From: an uncultured Chloroflexia bacterium
GTDB taxonomy: Bacteria > Chloroflexota > Limnocylindria > Limnocylindrales > CSP1-4
Reading direction: 5' to 3'
Length of the DNA: 64,000 nt
Assembly (NCBI GenBank): GCA_963748235.1
Contig: CAVVHT010000009.1
Coordinates: 826,162-890,161 of the forward strand
Position 1 is the stretch's first letter; each line of letters begins with the position of its first letter. The translations under genes were made by a program, and so were the position numbers. A model generated the notes under the pieces. It worked only from the letters and a program-made list of their open reading frames with translations, had not been told where the DNA came from and ran no database searches. Shown here piece after piece: positions 44,567-55,261 of this stretch.

Positions 44567-45850
44567 GTGCTGCCGCGCGGCCAGCTGCTGGCGATCTCCG
44601 TCTACTGGTTCGGGATCAACATGCTGTGGGGCGGCTACGAGATCTTCGGCCAACAAAAGGTCGAGTCGCTGGTCGGCATTCCAACCCGTGGCACGACGAT
44701 GGGCCTGCTCGAGCTGGGCGCCGCACTGGTCGCGATTCTGGTCCAGCCGACGGTTGGATCGATCAGCGACTACCTGACCTCGCGCTGGGGCCGACGCAAG
44801 CCGTTCATCTTCGTCGGTGGGCTGCTCGACCTGGTGTTCATCATCGGCATTGCGACGTCGCAGTCGCTCCTGTCGCTGGCGGCCTTCCTGCTCCTGCTGT
44901 CGTTCAGCTCCAACTTCGCCCAGGGTCCGTTCCAGGGCTACGTGCCAGACCTCGTGCCGGAGCGACAGGTGAATGTCGCCAGCGCGTTGATCGGCCTGAT
45001 GCGGCTGATGGGCGTGATCGTCGGCGCCGCCCTGATCTCGACCGGTGCCTCGACCGGCGACTACGCCGTCCCGCTGGTGCTTATCGGCGTCATCGAGGCC
45101 GTACTGGCGCTCGTAACCGTCGCGACCGTTCGTGAGGGGCCGCAGGGTAGGCCGCGTGAGGGACGCTCGTGGACACGCATCGCGCTCGAGACGTGGGGCC
45201 TCGACGCCCTACGCGAGCGAAGCTTCGTGTTCATGACGCTCACCCGGCTTCTTTTCCTGATGGGCCCGGCAGTGTTCGTCAACCTGAGCCTGTTCTATGT
45301 CCGAGACTCGCTCGGTCAGAGCGGCGCCGCCCTGACCACTTGGCTGACACTCGGGACGGTGGCCCTTGCCGTCGGCACCATCGGTGGCACGGTCCCGTCC
45401 GCGTGGGTGGCGAGTCGAATCGGCCGCAAGCGGGTCGTCCTGCTGTCGGCCCTCGCCGCCGCGATCGGCATCCTGCTCGTCGCACGCGCCCAGGCGCCGG
45501 TCGAGGCCATCCCCGGACTCGTGCTGCTGGGCATCGGCTCGGGTGGCTACATAGCAATCGACTGGGCGCTGATGACCTCGACCATCCCGCGCGTCGCATC
45601 CGGTCGCTACATGGGCCTCGCCAACATCGCCAACTCGATCAGTGGGCCGCTGGCGCTGATCATCGGCGGCCAGATTCTCGATCGCGTCACTGCCGGCGCC
45701 GGCCTCGAAGCGGCACCGCGCGCGGCGATTCTGACCGGGCTCGTCTTCCTCGGTGCGGCGTGCTTGATGCTGATTCCCGTGCGGCCGCGCGTTGAGCCGC
45801 CTGGCGACATCCAGCTCGGCATCGAGCCGGCCGCACCGGCGGCGCCGTAG
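44567..45850 (+). CDS. MFS transporter (paralogue 1)
   Basis: 12 TM helices. GTG start. The start may instead be the ATG at 44503, which would require one more frameshift. Confidence 0.8.
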   Translation: MLPRGQLLAISVYWFGINMLWGGYEIFGQQKVESLVGIPTRGTTMGLLELGAALVAILVQPTVGSISDYLTSRWGRRKPFIFVGGLLDLVFIIGIATSQSLLSLAAFLLLLSFSSNFAQGPFQGYVPDLVPERQVNVASALIGLMRLMGVIVGAALISTGASTGDYAVPLVLIGVIEAVLALVTVATVREGPQGRPREGRSWTRIALETWGLDALRERSFVFMTLTRLLFLMGPAVFVNLSLFYVRDSLGQSGAALTTWLTLGTVALAVGTIGGTVPSAWVASRIGRKRVVLLSALAAAIGILLVARAQAPVEAIPGLVLLGIGSGGYIAIDWALMTSTIPRVASGRYMGLANIANSISGPLALIIGGQILDRVTAGAGLEAAPRAAILTGLVFLGAACLMLIPVRPRVEPPGDIQLGIEPAAPAAP

Positions 45851-45917
45851 AGACACGGCCTACACTCGGCCGATCGACAGCTTGAGCAGAGAAACCACCA
45901 GCGCCGCCGGCGATGCG

Positions 45918-47306
45918 GTGCTCGAGCCGACACTCGACCCGGGTGTCGCCGGCGTTCGCGAGCCGGTCGTCCACGCACTCGGCCGGCCCACGCGCGAGCT
46001 GCCGCTCAGCCAGCTGCTGACGCTCTCGATCTACTGGCTGGGCATCAACGCGATGTGGACCGGGCTACACGTCATCGTGCTGCCCAAGCGCATGGAGGCG
46101 CTCTTCGGACCAGCGTCGGCCGGCCTGGCGCTCGGCCTGATCACCGTCGCCGGCGTGATCACGGCAGTGCTCGTCCAGCCGACGGTCGGCGCCATCTCCG
46201 ACTACACCGTGTCGCGCTGGGGCAGGCGCAAGCCCTACATCGTCATCGGCAGCCTGCTCGACGTGGTCTTCCTGTGGGCGGTCGCCTCGGCCGAGACATA
46301 CGTGGCGATCGTCGTCGCGCTCGTCCTGCTGCAGTTCTCATCCAACTTCGCCCAGGGCCCGTTCCAGGGCTACGTCCCCGATCTCGTCCCGGCCAGGCAG
46401 GTTGGCCGTGCCAGCGCCCTGATGGGCATGATGATCATCTTCGGCGGCATGGCCGGCGTGGGCATTGCCGCGATCGGCTACCTGCAGCTCGAGCCGGCCA
46501 TGTCCGAGCCTACCGTTCGGTCGATCCTGTTCTGGCCGACCGTGGCGCTCGGCTTCGTCGAGGTAGCCACGATGGTCGTGCTCGCGTTCACCGTTCACGA
46601 GGGTCGCGCGGCTTCGCCGCGCGAAGGGAGGTCGTGGTGGCGCATCGGCCTGTCCGCGTGGGGCACCGATATCCTGCGCGAGCGCTCGTACGTGTGGCTG
46701 CTCGTCTCGCGCCTGTGCTACCTGGCGATCCCGGGCGTCATCACCGCATATGCGGTGTTCGTGCTCGAGCGCTCGTTCAATCTGCCGCCGTCGGTTGCCG
46801 CGCCGTTCCTGCTCGTTAACGGCTTGATCGTGGCCATCTCGACGGCATTGGCGACCATTCCCGCCGCGCGGCTGTCGGATCGCATCGGCCGCAAGAAGGT
46901 CATCTACGTCGCGTTCGCGCTGGCCGCCGTCGGAGTGGCAGGGCTCGCCCTGGCCCCGACGCTCGAGCTCGCGCTCCTGTCATTGATGCCGATCGGCTTT
47001 TCTGCGGGGGCGTTCCTGGTCGTCGACTGGGCGCTGCTGACGGACATCATCCCCAAGGCCAGCTCGGGCCGCTACATGGGCATCTCGAACGTGGCCACGG
47101 CATCGTCGGGCCCGGTCGGCTTGGCCCTCGCCGGCGTTGTGCTTTTCGTGGTTACGCGTGCAGGGCTGCCGACCCCGGACTCGCCCGATCTCGAGTCGAC
47201 CCTGCTCGGCGCGGCGCCTCGAGCGGCAATCGCGTCGATGTTGATCTTCGTTGCCATTGCGGCGTGGGCGTTGCGCAAGGTCGACGAGACGCGCCGCGAG
47301 GACTGA
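45918..47306 (+). CDS. MFS transporter (paralogue 2, tandem duplicate)
   Basis: Shares VGxISDYxxSRWGRRKPxIxxGxLLD and SSNFAQGPFQGYVPDLVPxRQV with paralogue 1. GTG start assumed at 45918. Confidence 0.75.
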   Translation: MLEPTLDPGVAGVREPVVHALGRPTRELPLSQLLTLSIYWLGINAMWTGLHVIVLPKRMEALFGPASAGLALGLITVAGVITAVLVQPTVGAISDYTVSRWGRRKPYIVIGSLLDVVFLWAVASAETYVAIVVALVLLQFSSNFAQGPFQGYVPDLVPARQVGRASALMGMMIIFGGMAGVGIAAIGYLQLEPAMSEPTVRSILFWPTVALGFVEVATMVVLAFTVHEGRAASPREGRSWWRIGLSAWGTDILRERSYVWLLVSRLCYLAIPGVITAYAVFVLERSFNLPPSVAAPFLLVNGLIVAISTALATIPAARLSDRIGRKKVIYVAFALAAVGVAGLALAPTLELALLSLMPIGFSAGAFLVVDWALLTDIIPKASSGRYMGISNVATASSGPVGLALAGVVLFVVTRAGLPTPDSPDLESTLLGAAPRAAIASMLIFVAIAAWALRKVDETRRED

Positions 47307-47309
47307 GCC

Positions 47310-47840
47310 CTAGCCGGCACGCGACGCGGAAGGGACGCGTTCGATGACTACCTCGCCGAGCGTATCGCGCTCGGTCAGCATGACGACCGAATGGAAGCCC
47401 TCGGCGGCCATGTCGACCAGCGCCGTGGCCATGCGCTCTGCCTGGTCGGCCACCACGCTTTCTGCCACGACGCGGTCCGGTCGGGAGGCGTTGCGTTCGC
47501 GATAGATGCGTTCCGGGAAGTCGAACGCGATGGCCACTGACGGAATCCCGTAGCGCGCTGCCAGACGTCTGTAGGCGGTCCGGTTGCGGGCACCGAGGTT
47601 GGTCGCGTCGACAACCGTCAACAGCCGTCGCTTGAGGCGCCCATTGACGATCGTCGTCAGCACGCGGAAGGCTTCGGCCGAGGCGCCCTGGTCGGCTGGA
47701 TCGTCCGTCAGCATGGCGCGCATGGCATCAGACGAGACGATCTCCGTCGGCCGAAAATGAGCCAGGGCGAAGGTCGACTTGCCCGCGCCCGACGGCCCGA
47801 CGAGGAGCACCAGCGACGGATCAGGAATGACAACGTTCAC
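47310..47840 (-). CDS. P-loop kinase-like AAA domain protein (polynucleotide-kinase/zeta-toxin-like fold)
   Basis: LVLLVGPSGAGKSTFA, LTVVDATN, FDFPERIYRERN. Confidence 0.6.
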   Translation of the reverse strand: MNVVIPDPSLVLLVGPSGAGKSTFALAHFRPTEIVSSDAMRAMLTDDPADQGASAEAFRVLTTIVNGRLKRRLLTVVDATNLGARNRTAYRRLAARYGIPSVAIAFDFPERIYRERNASRPDRVVAESVVADQAERMATALVDMAAEGFHSVVMLTERDTLGEVVIERVPSASRAG

Positions 47841-47920
47841 TGCTCGTAATTGTCGCGCTGCGCCCCAAAGAAAGCGCCCGGCAGCAGTTTGTCTCTGCTA
47901 CCGGGCGCCGTTCACGGACC

Positions 47921-48226
47921 TCATCGCCGTGCGAACTCCCGGTCAATCGGGTAACCCCGCAACCGCGGCATCCACGACTGGTTCTCGGGGAGGCCCAGCC
48001 TTGGCCATCGGTCTGACTTCTTGGACTCATTCCGCTGCGGATCATTTGCCATCGCGCGAGCCTCGCGGGCCAGTCGGGCCTGCTGCGCTTCACGGAGGCG
48101 ATCCGCCAGGTAATACGGAACGAGAGACTCGTGAACGAGGATCACTCTCAATCCTTTGCTATCCGCGACGGTTTTGTTGACGAGATGAACATTAGGTGCG
48201 ATGAAGCGCGTCGCCATCGTCGGCAC
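47921..48226 (-). CDS. small hypothetical protein (101 aa) in a lower-GC intergenic island
   Basis: MPTMATRFIAPNVHLVNKTVADSKGLRVILVHESLVPYYLADRLREAQQARLAREARA.... GC3 only about 65%. Downstream of a terminator. Confidence 0.3.
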   Translation of the reverse strand: MPTMATRFIAPNVHLVNKTVADSKGLRVILVHESLVPYYLADRLREAQQARLAREARAMANDPQRNESKKSDRWPRLGLPENQSWMPRLRGYPIDREFARR

Positions 48227-48253
48227 GTCTCGATTTTGGCTACGTCAATTGGC

Positions 48254-48292
48254 GCACAAACAAAAGAGCCGGCCGCCCCAGCAGCCGGCTCT
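48254..48292 (-). terminator. Rho-independent terminator (for the minus-strand RR-HK-REC operon)
   Basis: AGAGCCGGC / loop cgccccagca / GCCGGCTCT forms a perfect 9-bp stem. On the minus strand it is followed by CTTTTGTTTGTG. Confidence 0.65.
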
Positions 48293-48424
48293 TGCACGCG
48301 TTTGTTCGTGTGTCGCTCAACGTGAAAGTTACGAGCCGCGCGTCTGTCGGTCATCGGCGTTTGGTCGCGTGTTGCGTACGTCATTTGACGCAAACCGTGG
48401 GCCCGGTGCTGGGCTACGGGCAGC

Positions 48425-48817
48425 TCAGCAGCCGCATGCTGCCAGGGTCGCGGCGACGAACTCCTCGGGCTTGGCCGATTTGGCCACGAACGCCGTCGCC
48501 GCAAGGCTGAGCCGCGATTCGCCGGTATCGCCCCAGCCGGTAATGACGACGCGAACCGAAGGCCACGACCCGATGACCTGCGTCACGAGTGCCTCGCCGC
48601 CGGCGAGATCGGGCAGCCGTGGATCGACAATCATTACGTCCGCTCCCCCGGCAACGAGGCTCAATGCGGTCTCGACGTCACCGGCCGTGCCGACGACGTC
48701 GATGCCTGCCACGCGCAGCACCTCGGCCAGGGCGACGCGAACGCGCCGGTCAGAGTCGACCACGGCGACGCGCGGCGGCGATGCTGGGGCGACCGCCAAA
48801 TAGGGCTCCTGGGGCAT
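48425..48817 (-). CDS. stand-alone response-regulator receiver domain protein (CheY-like)
   Basis: VAVVDSD...VMIVDPRLPD.... 130 aa with no output domain. Confidence 0.7.
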   Translation of the reverse strand: MPQEPYLAVAPASPPRVAVVDSDRRVRVALAEVLRVAGIDVVGTAGDVETALSLVAGGADVMIVDPRLPDLAGGEALVTQVIGSWPSVRVVITGWGDTGESRLSLAATAFVAKSAKPEEFVAATLAACGC

Positions 48818-48879
48818 GCCCCAACGTTACGGCGACGACCTTTTGCCGCGCATCGTCCGAAGTTACGAACCGGCCTAAG

Positions 48880-51078
48880 TCATTCGGCCGATGTTGCCTC
48901 GCTGACAATCACAAATTCGGGGCGTTTCGGCGGCAGCACGACCTCGACTCTCGTTCCACCACCGGTGCGGCGACCGATGACCGCCCGGCCGCCGAGCTGC
49001 TCGGCGCGCTGGCGCATGCCTATAACGCCCAGAGTGGCCCCGGTCAACCGATTGAGGTCGAAGCCAGCGCCGTCGTCGTCGACGACGAGATGCACCTCGT
49101 CACCCGACCTGGCCAGGCTGACCTGCGCCGACGTCGCGTTGGCATGCTTGACGACGTTATGCATCGCTTCCTGTGCGATTCGGTAGAGCGCCTGTTCGAC
49201 ATCGAGGTCGAGGCGCTCCTCGAGACGCACGTCGACGGTGATGTCGAGACCCGTTCGACTGGACACTGCCGCGGCATGGTTGCGCAAGGCCTGGGCGAGG
49301 CCATCGGTCTCGAGGCCACGCGGTCGGAGCTCGAAGATGAGCGTGCGCATCTCCGCCAACGCGTCATTCTGGAGCTCGCGCAACTCGACAAGCTTGCCAC
49401 GTGCAGCGTCAGAGTCACGGTCAAGCAGCAGCTCGGCGGTGCGCAGCGTGAGGCCCATGCTGAACAGTGCCTGGGTCACGGAGTCGTGCAGCTCGCGCGC
49501 AAGGCGGGCACGTTCCTCGTTCGCGGCCAGCTCAGCTGAGCCGCGGCGCAGGTCGGCCTCGAGCCGCTCTCGCTCGCTGATGTCGCGCAGCGATCCGTGC
49601 GCGCCGGCGAACGTGCCGTCGATGACCGTGCCGATCATGCTGATCTCGGCCGAGATCGAATCACCGTTGGCGCGCGCCGCGTGGACGCGGATCTGCTGTT
49701 CCTCGTCGGGTCTTTCGGCGATCCGGCTCCAGCAGGCCTCGGCAATCTCGAACGATCGCGGCAGGAGCAGCGCCGTCCAGGGCCGGCCAAGCATGGTTTC
49801 GGGCATCGAGCCGGTCAACCGCGCAACCGACTCGCCGACGTAGGTCAGCCGACCGTCGCCGTCGGCCGACCAGACCAGGTCGGGCGAATGGTCGACCAGG
49901 TGGCGGTAGCGCCGTTCGGATATCTCGAGATCGTTCGTGCGCTGGCGCAGGTCCGAATAGAGCCGCGCGTTGCGTGCCGCGATCGACGCCTGCCGGGCCA
50001 GGTCATCGAGCAGCGATACGTCGCGCTCGTCGATGCGGCGCGGCTGCCGATAGGTAAGCGCCAGCGTGCCGACGACGTCGCCGCCGGGGCCGCGCAAGGG
50101 TGCCACGGCGACGGCGCCGAGCTCGAGCCGCGATGGGGACTCGTCCTCGGGGTCGTGCGGAATTCGCGGGTCGTTCGCATAGTCGTCGGTCCACGTTGGC
50201 TGGCCGATGCTCGCCGCAAGACCGTTGATGCCGCCGCCGAGCGGGAAGCGCTGGCTGTGCAGCCAGGCACGCACCTGCGGGTCGGTCTTACCAGCCATGA
50301 CCATTGGGATCAGGTAGGTCCCGTCTTCGTTCATCAGCGTCAGGTGCGCGCCATCCGAGCCGAGCAGGCTTGAGGCGAGGTCGACGATCTGTTGGAGCAC
50401 CTCGGAGGAGTCGTCGACGTCGACGATGCGCCGACTGATCTCGTCCAGTGCGCGTTGCGCGACGAGGGCACGTTCGAGCTCGGCCGCCTGGATGCGCAGC
50501 CGCTCCTCGGAGTCGCGCAACTCGGCCAGCAGCCGGCGGTTGCCTATGGCGGCCGCGGCATGCCCGGCGAGGGAGCGGAGCAGGCTCAGCTGCTGCTCGT
50601 TGAAGGCGTTGGAGCGGGAAGAGAACGCGCCGAGGACGCCGAGTGGGACTTCGTTGGCCAGCATCGGGGCAGCGGCCATCGAGCGCAGGCCGACCCTCTC
50701 GACCACCTGATCGGCGACCTGGTGGTGAGCGAAACGGGCATCTGCCGGGTAGTCATCGGTATGGACGAGCTCACGCTTGGCGATAGCGGTCCCGAAGAGC
50801 CCGGATCCGAAGGGAAGGCGCAACCCGCGCAAAAGCTCTCTCGCTCCGGGATCGGTCACCCCGGCGTCGAAGCCGAAATGCAGATCGCCGCCGGCGGGGT
50901 CGACCAGGTAGACCATGGCGCCGTCGCAGTCGAGCAGACGCGCTGCTTCGCCGACTGCCTCGATCAGCAGCTCGGCGTCCTGGTCGAGCGAGTCGTGTTC
51001 GGCGGTGCTCGAAGCTGCCCCGCCGGACTCGGTAGTGCGGGTTGCCCCGCTCAGAGCATCTTGTGCTCGACCGCCCAC
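48880..51078 (-). CDS. sensor histidine kinase, GAF-GAF-PAS-HisKA_3-HATPase
   Basis: Two GAF-like segments, then a PAS domain, the HisKA_3 box ERARLARELHDSVTQ, and a HATPase_c domain (DDDGAGFD ... GMRQRAEQLGG). Confidence 0.85.
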   Translation of the reverse strand: MGGRAQDALSGATRTTESGGAASSTAEHDSLDQDAELLIEAVGEAARLLDCDGAMVYLVDPAGGDLHFGFDAGVTDPGARELLRGLRLPFGSGLFGTAIAKRELVHTDDYPADARFAHHQVADQVVERVGLRSMAAAPMLANEVPLGVLGAFSSRSNAFNEQQLSLLRSLAGHAAAAIGNRRLLAELRDSEERLRIQAAELERALVAQRALDEISRRIVDVDDSSEVLQQIVDLASSLLGSDGAHLTLMNEDGTYLIPMVMAGKTDPQVRAWLHSQRFPLGGGINGLAASIGQPTWTDDYANDPRIPHDPEDESPSRLELGAVAVAPLRGPGGDVVGTLALTYRQPRRIDERDVSLLDDLARQASIAARNARLYSDLRQRTNDLEISERRYRHLVDHSPDLVWSADGDGRLTYVGESVARLTGSMPETMLGRPWTALLLPRSFEIAEACWSRIAERPDEEQQIRVHAARANGDSISAEISMIGTVIDGTFAGAHGSLRDISERERLEADLRRGSAELAANEERARLARELHDSVTQALFSMGLTLRTAELLLDRDSDAARGKLVELRELQNDALAEMRTLIFELRPRGLETDGLAQALRNHAAAVSSRTGLDITVDVRLEERLDLDVEQALYRIAQEAMHNVVKHANATSAQVSLARSGDEVHLVVDDDGAGFDLNRLTGATLGVIGMRQRAEQLGGRAVIGRRTGGGTRVEVVLPPKRPEFVIVSEATSAE

Positions 51079-51698
51079 AGTGCCGCCTGTGTTCGCGAAG
51101 CGAGCCCGAGCTTGCCGAGGATGTTGCTAACGTGGGTGCGCGCCGTCCGCTCGGTGATCGACAGCTCGGCGGCGATCTCCTTGTTGGCAGCGCCGCGGCC
51201 GATCAGCCGCAGGACCTCCTGCTCCCGCGCCGTGAGTGGCTCGACCTGTGGTTGGTCGCGCCGCGCACGCATGCGCTCCGCGAGCATCTTGGCCACTGCT
51301 GGATCCAGGTGCACCTCACCCGCGCGCGCGGCGCGAATTGCCGCAGCGACCTCGTCCGCGGCGGCGTCCTTGAGCAGGTAGCCGGACGCGCCTGCCTCGA
51401 GCGCGGCGGTGACCTTCTCTTCCTCGATGAACGAGGTCACGGCGACGATGTCAGTGTCCGGATGACTCTTCTTGATTGCCGCGATCGCGGTCAGGCCGTC
51501 GACGTTGGCCATCAACAGGTCCATCAGCACCACGTCCGGGTTGAGCTCATCGGCGCGAGCGATGGCGATCGCGCCATCGGATGCCTCGCCGACGACCTCC
51601 ATGTCGTCCTGAAGATCGAGAAAGCCCCTCAGCCCGCGGCGAACCACCTCGTGGTCGTCGACGAGGAGCACCCTGATCCGCGCTGGTTCATCACTCAA
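51051..51698 (-). CDS. NarL/LuxR-family response regulator
   Basis: Receiver RVLLVDDHEVVR...DLLM. HTH region LTAREQEVLRLIGRGAANKEIAAELSITERTARTHVSNILGKL. Confidence 0.85.
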   Translation of the reverse strand: MSDEPARIRVLLVDDHEVVRRGLRGFLDLQDDMEVVGEASDGAIAIARADELNPDVVLMDLLMANVDGLTAIAAIKKSHPDTDIVAVTSFIEEEKVTAALEAGASGYLLKDAAADEVAAAIRAARAGEVHLDPAVAKMLAERMRARRDQPQVEPLTAREQEVLRLIGRGAANKEIAAELSITERTARTHVSNILGKLGLASRTQAALWAVEHKML

Positions 51699-51752
51699 AC
51701 TTCGACCGACCCCTCTACCCGTGATGCGCCCTTCTTCACCTGCGCTGCAATC

Positions 51753-54700
51753 TTACGGTGCGGTGCGCTCGTTCACGACTTGACGATGGTGTTCGGCCTC
51801 CATCCACGAGCCGAGCGGCCGGACGTCGGCCATCAGGTCGGCGATGGCGGGATCGAGCGCGGCAGCCGCTGCGAGTGCGGTATCGATCGAGGTCAGGCAC
51901 ACGATCCCCTCGGCGAGCGCGGCGCGGCGAATGGCACCTGCGTCGCGTACCGGGCGCGACTCGGGCGAGGGCGTGTTGACGACGAGCAACACGTCGCCCG
52001 AGGCGATCGCGTCGAGCACCGTTCGGCCGCCGTCGGTGGCTTCGCCCAGGCGTTCGACCTGCTCGACCTCGTGCCCCAGCACACGCAGGGCGACGGCCGT
52101 GCCGCGAGTTGCGGCCAACCGGTAGCCGGCCGTCGTGAGCCGCGCCGCGAGCTCACCCAGAGACTCCTTGTCGCGATTGGCGATCGACAGCAGCGCGACC
52201 GGCGTCGGTCCGCCGGCCGGAGGCACCGGCGGGCGCAACGAGGCTGCGACGAGTGCCTTGGCCACCGCCACGCGCGCGTCGGCGTGGATGCCAATCACCT
52301 CGCCGGTTGACTGCATCGCCGGACCGAGGGTCGGGTCTACTCCACGCAGCTTGGCGGTTGAGAACACAGGCGCCTTGACAGCTACGAAGTCACGCGCCGG
52401 TATCAGTCCGCCTTGCCAGCCCATATCGGCCAGGCGTTCGCCGAGCGCGACGCGCGTCGCCAGCTCGATCATCGGCACCCCGGTCACCTTGGACATGAAC
52501 GGCACGGTCCGCGACGCGCGCGGGTTGACCTCGAGCAGGTAGACGCCGTCGTCGCGGACGATGAACTGGCCATTGATCAGGCCGCGCACGCCGACGGCCA
52601 GCGCGATGCGCGTGATGGCATCGACGACGAGCTGCTGGTCTGCGGCCGAGATGCGCTGCGGCGGGTAGACGCCGATCGAGTCTCCGGAATGGACGCCGGC
52701 ACGCTCGACGTGCTCGATCAGGCCCGGGATCAGCACGTCGACGCCATCGGTGACCGCGTCGACGTCGAGCTCCATGCCCTCGAGGTAAGCATCGAGTCTC
52801 ACGGGCCGCTCGTCGTCGACGGCCACAGCGCGCGCGATGATCGCGGCCAGATCCTCCGGCCCGTACGCGAAGTCAACGGCGAGTCCACCGATCACGAACG
52901 ATGGCCGAACGATGACCGGGTAGCCCACCTCATCGGCGACTGCGAGCGCCTCCTCGAGCGACGACGCCTGCCCGCCGTTTGGTTGCGGAATGCCCAGCCG
53001 CTCGACGAGCCCGGCGAAGCGCATCCGCTCCTCGGTCTGGTCGATCGCCTCGAGATCGAGGCCGCGCAGCGTCACGCCGGCGGCGTCGAGCGGCGAAGCG
53101 AGACCGAGCGGCGTCTGGCCGCCGAACTGGACGAACGCGTCGGGCATATCGCCGTCGACCGCCTCGGCGCGCAGCACCTCGAGCACGCTCTCCGCGTCGA
53201 GCGACTCGAAATAGAGCCGCGACGACGCGTCGAAGTCGGTCGACACCGTCTCGGGATTCGAGTTGACCATGATTGCCTGGCGACCGAGACGGCGAAGCGA
53301 GTCGGCGGCCTGGACCGCGCAGTAGTCGAACTCGATGCCCTGGCCGATTCGGACCGGGCCCGACCCGATCACCAGCGACGCCGGACGCTCGACGGGCGGA
53401 GCCTCGGGCGGAGATCCCGCCGCGGCGTAGGTCGAGTAGAAGTACGGCGTCTCGGCGGCAAACTCGGCGGCCGAGGTGTCGACCATCGCGAACCCCGGAT
53501 GCAGCCCAATGCGGTCGCGCCGTGCGGCGATCTCGGCTTGGGCGATCCCGGTCAGCGTGGCGATGTCGCGATCGCCGAAGCAGGCGCGCTTGGCACCGAC
53601 GAGCAGCTCGTCGTCCAGCGAAGCGCCGGCGGCGCGCATGCGACGCTCGAGCTCGATCAGTCGCTCCAGCTCGGCCACGAACCACGGCGCGATGCCGGTC
53701 GCGCGTTGGATCTTCTCGCCCTCGACGCCTCGCCGGAGTAGCGCAATCAGCCGCCACAGCCGCGAGTCGGACGGCGCGAGAAATGTGCGCAACCGCTCGT
53801 CCAGCTGTGTGTGAGTCGCCAGATGACTGAATGGTCCGCTGGACTGCCACTTGGACCCGTCGATTACCCGATTTGAGGACGTTTGCCGGTCGTTCGAGTC
53901 GCCTGGTGAATGAAACATCCGCTGGGATGGCATGTCGCCGCCTTCGGCGGACCATTCAGTCGCTCCATGACTCAATGGCGCCGTAAGGGCCTCCAGGTCG
54001 GGCGTCCAGTCGGGGTTCTCGGACAGCCAGCCCGCACCGCTCTGTTCGAGGCCGCGGAGTGCCTTGTTGAGCGCCGCGCCGAAGTTGCGCTCGATCGCCA
54101 TCACCTCGCCGGTCGCCTTCATCTGCGAGCCAAGGCCGCGCTCGGCGCCGGGAAACTTGTCGAACGGGAAGCGCGGCAGCTTGACGACCACATAGTCGAG
54201 CGCCGGCTCGAACGCGGCGACGGTCTTGCCGGTCACCGCGTTGGGGATCTCGGCCAGCTCGCGGCCGACTGCGATCTGGGCGGCGACGCGAGCGATCGGA
54301 TAGCCGGTCGCCTTGGATGCCAGCGCAGAGGATCGCGAGACGCGCGGGTTGACCTCGATCACGGCGTGCTCGGAGTGGTCGGCCGACAACGCGAACTGGA
54401 CGTTGCAGCCGCCCTCGACGCCCAGCGCGCGGATGATCGAAAGAGATGCGCTGCGCAACCGCTGATGGGTCTGGTCGGAGAGCGTCTGGACCGGCGCAAC
54501 GACGATCGAGTCGCCGGTGTGAGTGCCGAGCGGGTCAAGGTTCTCCATCGAGCAGACTGCGATGCACGTGTCCGCCCCGTCGCGCATCACCTCGTATTCG
54601 ACCTCCTGCCAGCCGTCGAGGTAGCGCTCGACGATGACCTGGCCAATTGGGCTGGCGCGCAGCCCACCGCGCACGCGGTCGATGTAGTCGGCCTCCGTGG

Positions 54701-55261
54701 CGACAATGCCGCCGCCCGAGCCACCGAGCGTGAACGCGGGCCGAATGACGGCCGGCAGGCCGATCTCGGCCAATGCCCGGCGGGTTCGTTCCTGGCGTTC
54801 CTTCGGCGTCGCTCCCTCGACGATGACGGACGGCGGATATGGCTGGCCGATTTGTCGAGCAGCTCGCGGAAGCGCTGTCTGTCCTCGGCCATCTCGATCG
54901 CCTCGAGCGGCGTGCCCAGCAGTCTCGTTCCATGCCGCTCGAGGACGCCTTCGCGGGCGAGCTGGACACACAGGTTGAGCGCCGTCTGACCGCCGAGTCC
55001 GGACAGGATGCCGTCCGGCTTCTCGCGCTCGAGGATGCGCTCGACGGATTGAACCGTTAACGGTTCGAGGTAGACGACGTCGGCCACGCCCGGGTCGGTC
55101 ATGATGGTCGCCGGGTTGCTGTTGAGCAGGATGGTGCGCACGCCCTCGTCGCGCAGTGCGCGGCACGCCTGCGTGCCGGCGTAGTCGAACTCGGCCGCCT
55201 GGCCGATGATCACCGGGCCTGAGCCGATGATCAGCACCGATGCCGGCTTGGGATGCTTCAC
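51753..55261 (-). CDS. carB: carbamoyl-phosphate synthase large subunit; frameshift near 54850
   Basis: N-terminus [40 protein letters not shown] in ORF 55261->54587. The remainder (two ATP-grasp halves, oligomerisation and MGS domains) is in the 1190-aa ORF. Confidence 0.9.

Noticed and set aside
44503-45135. 210-aa ORF starting at the ATG inside the right inverted repeat
   Set aside because: It is in a different frame from the MFS transporter, whose TM-rich product and paralogue alignment are convincing. The product is Arg/Ala-rich. The ATG may still be the true MFS start if one more indel is present.
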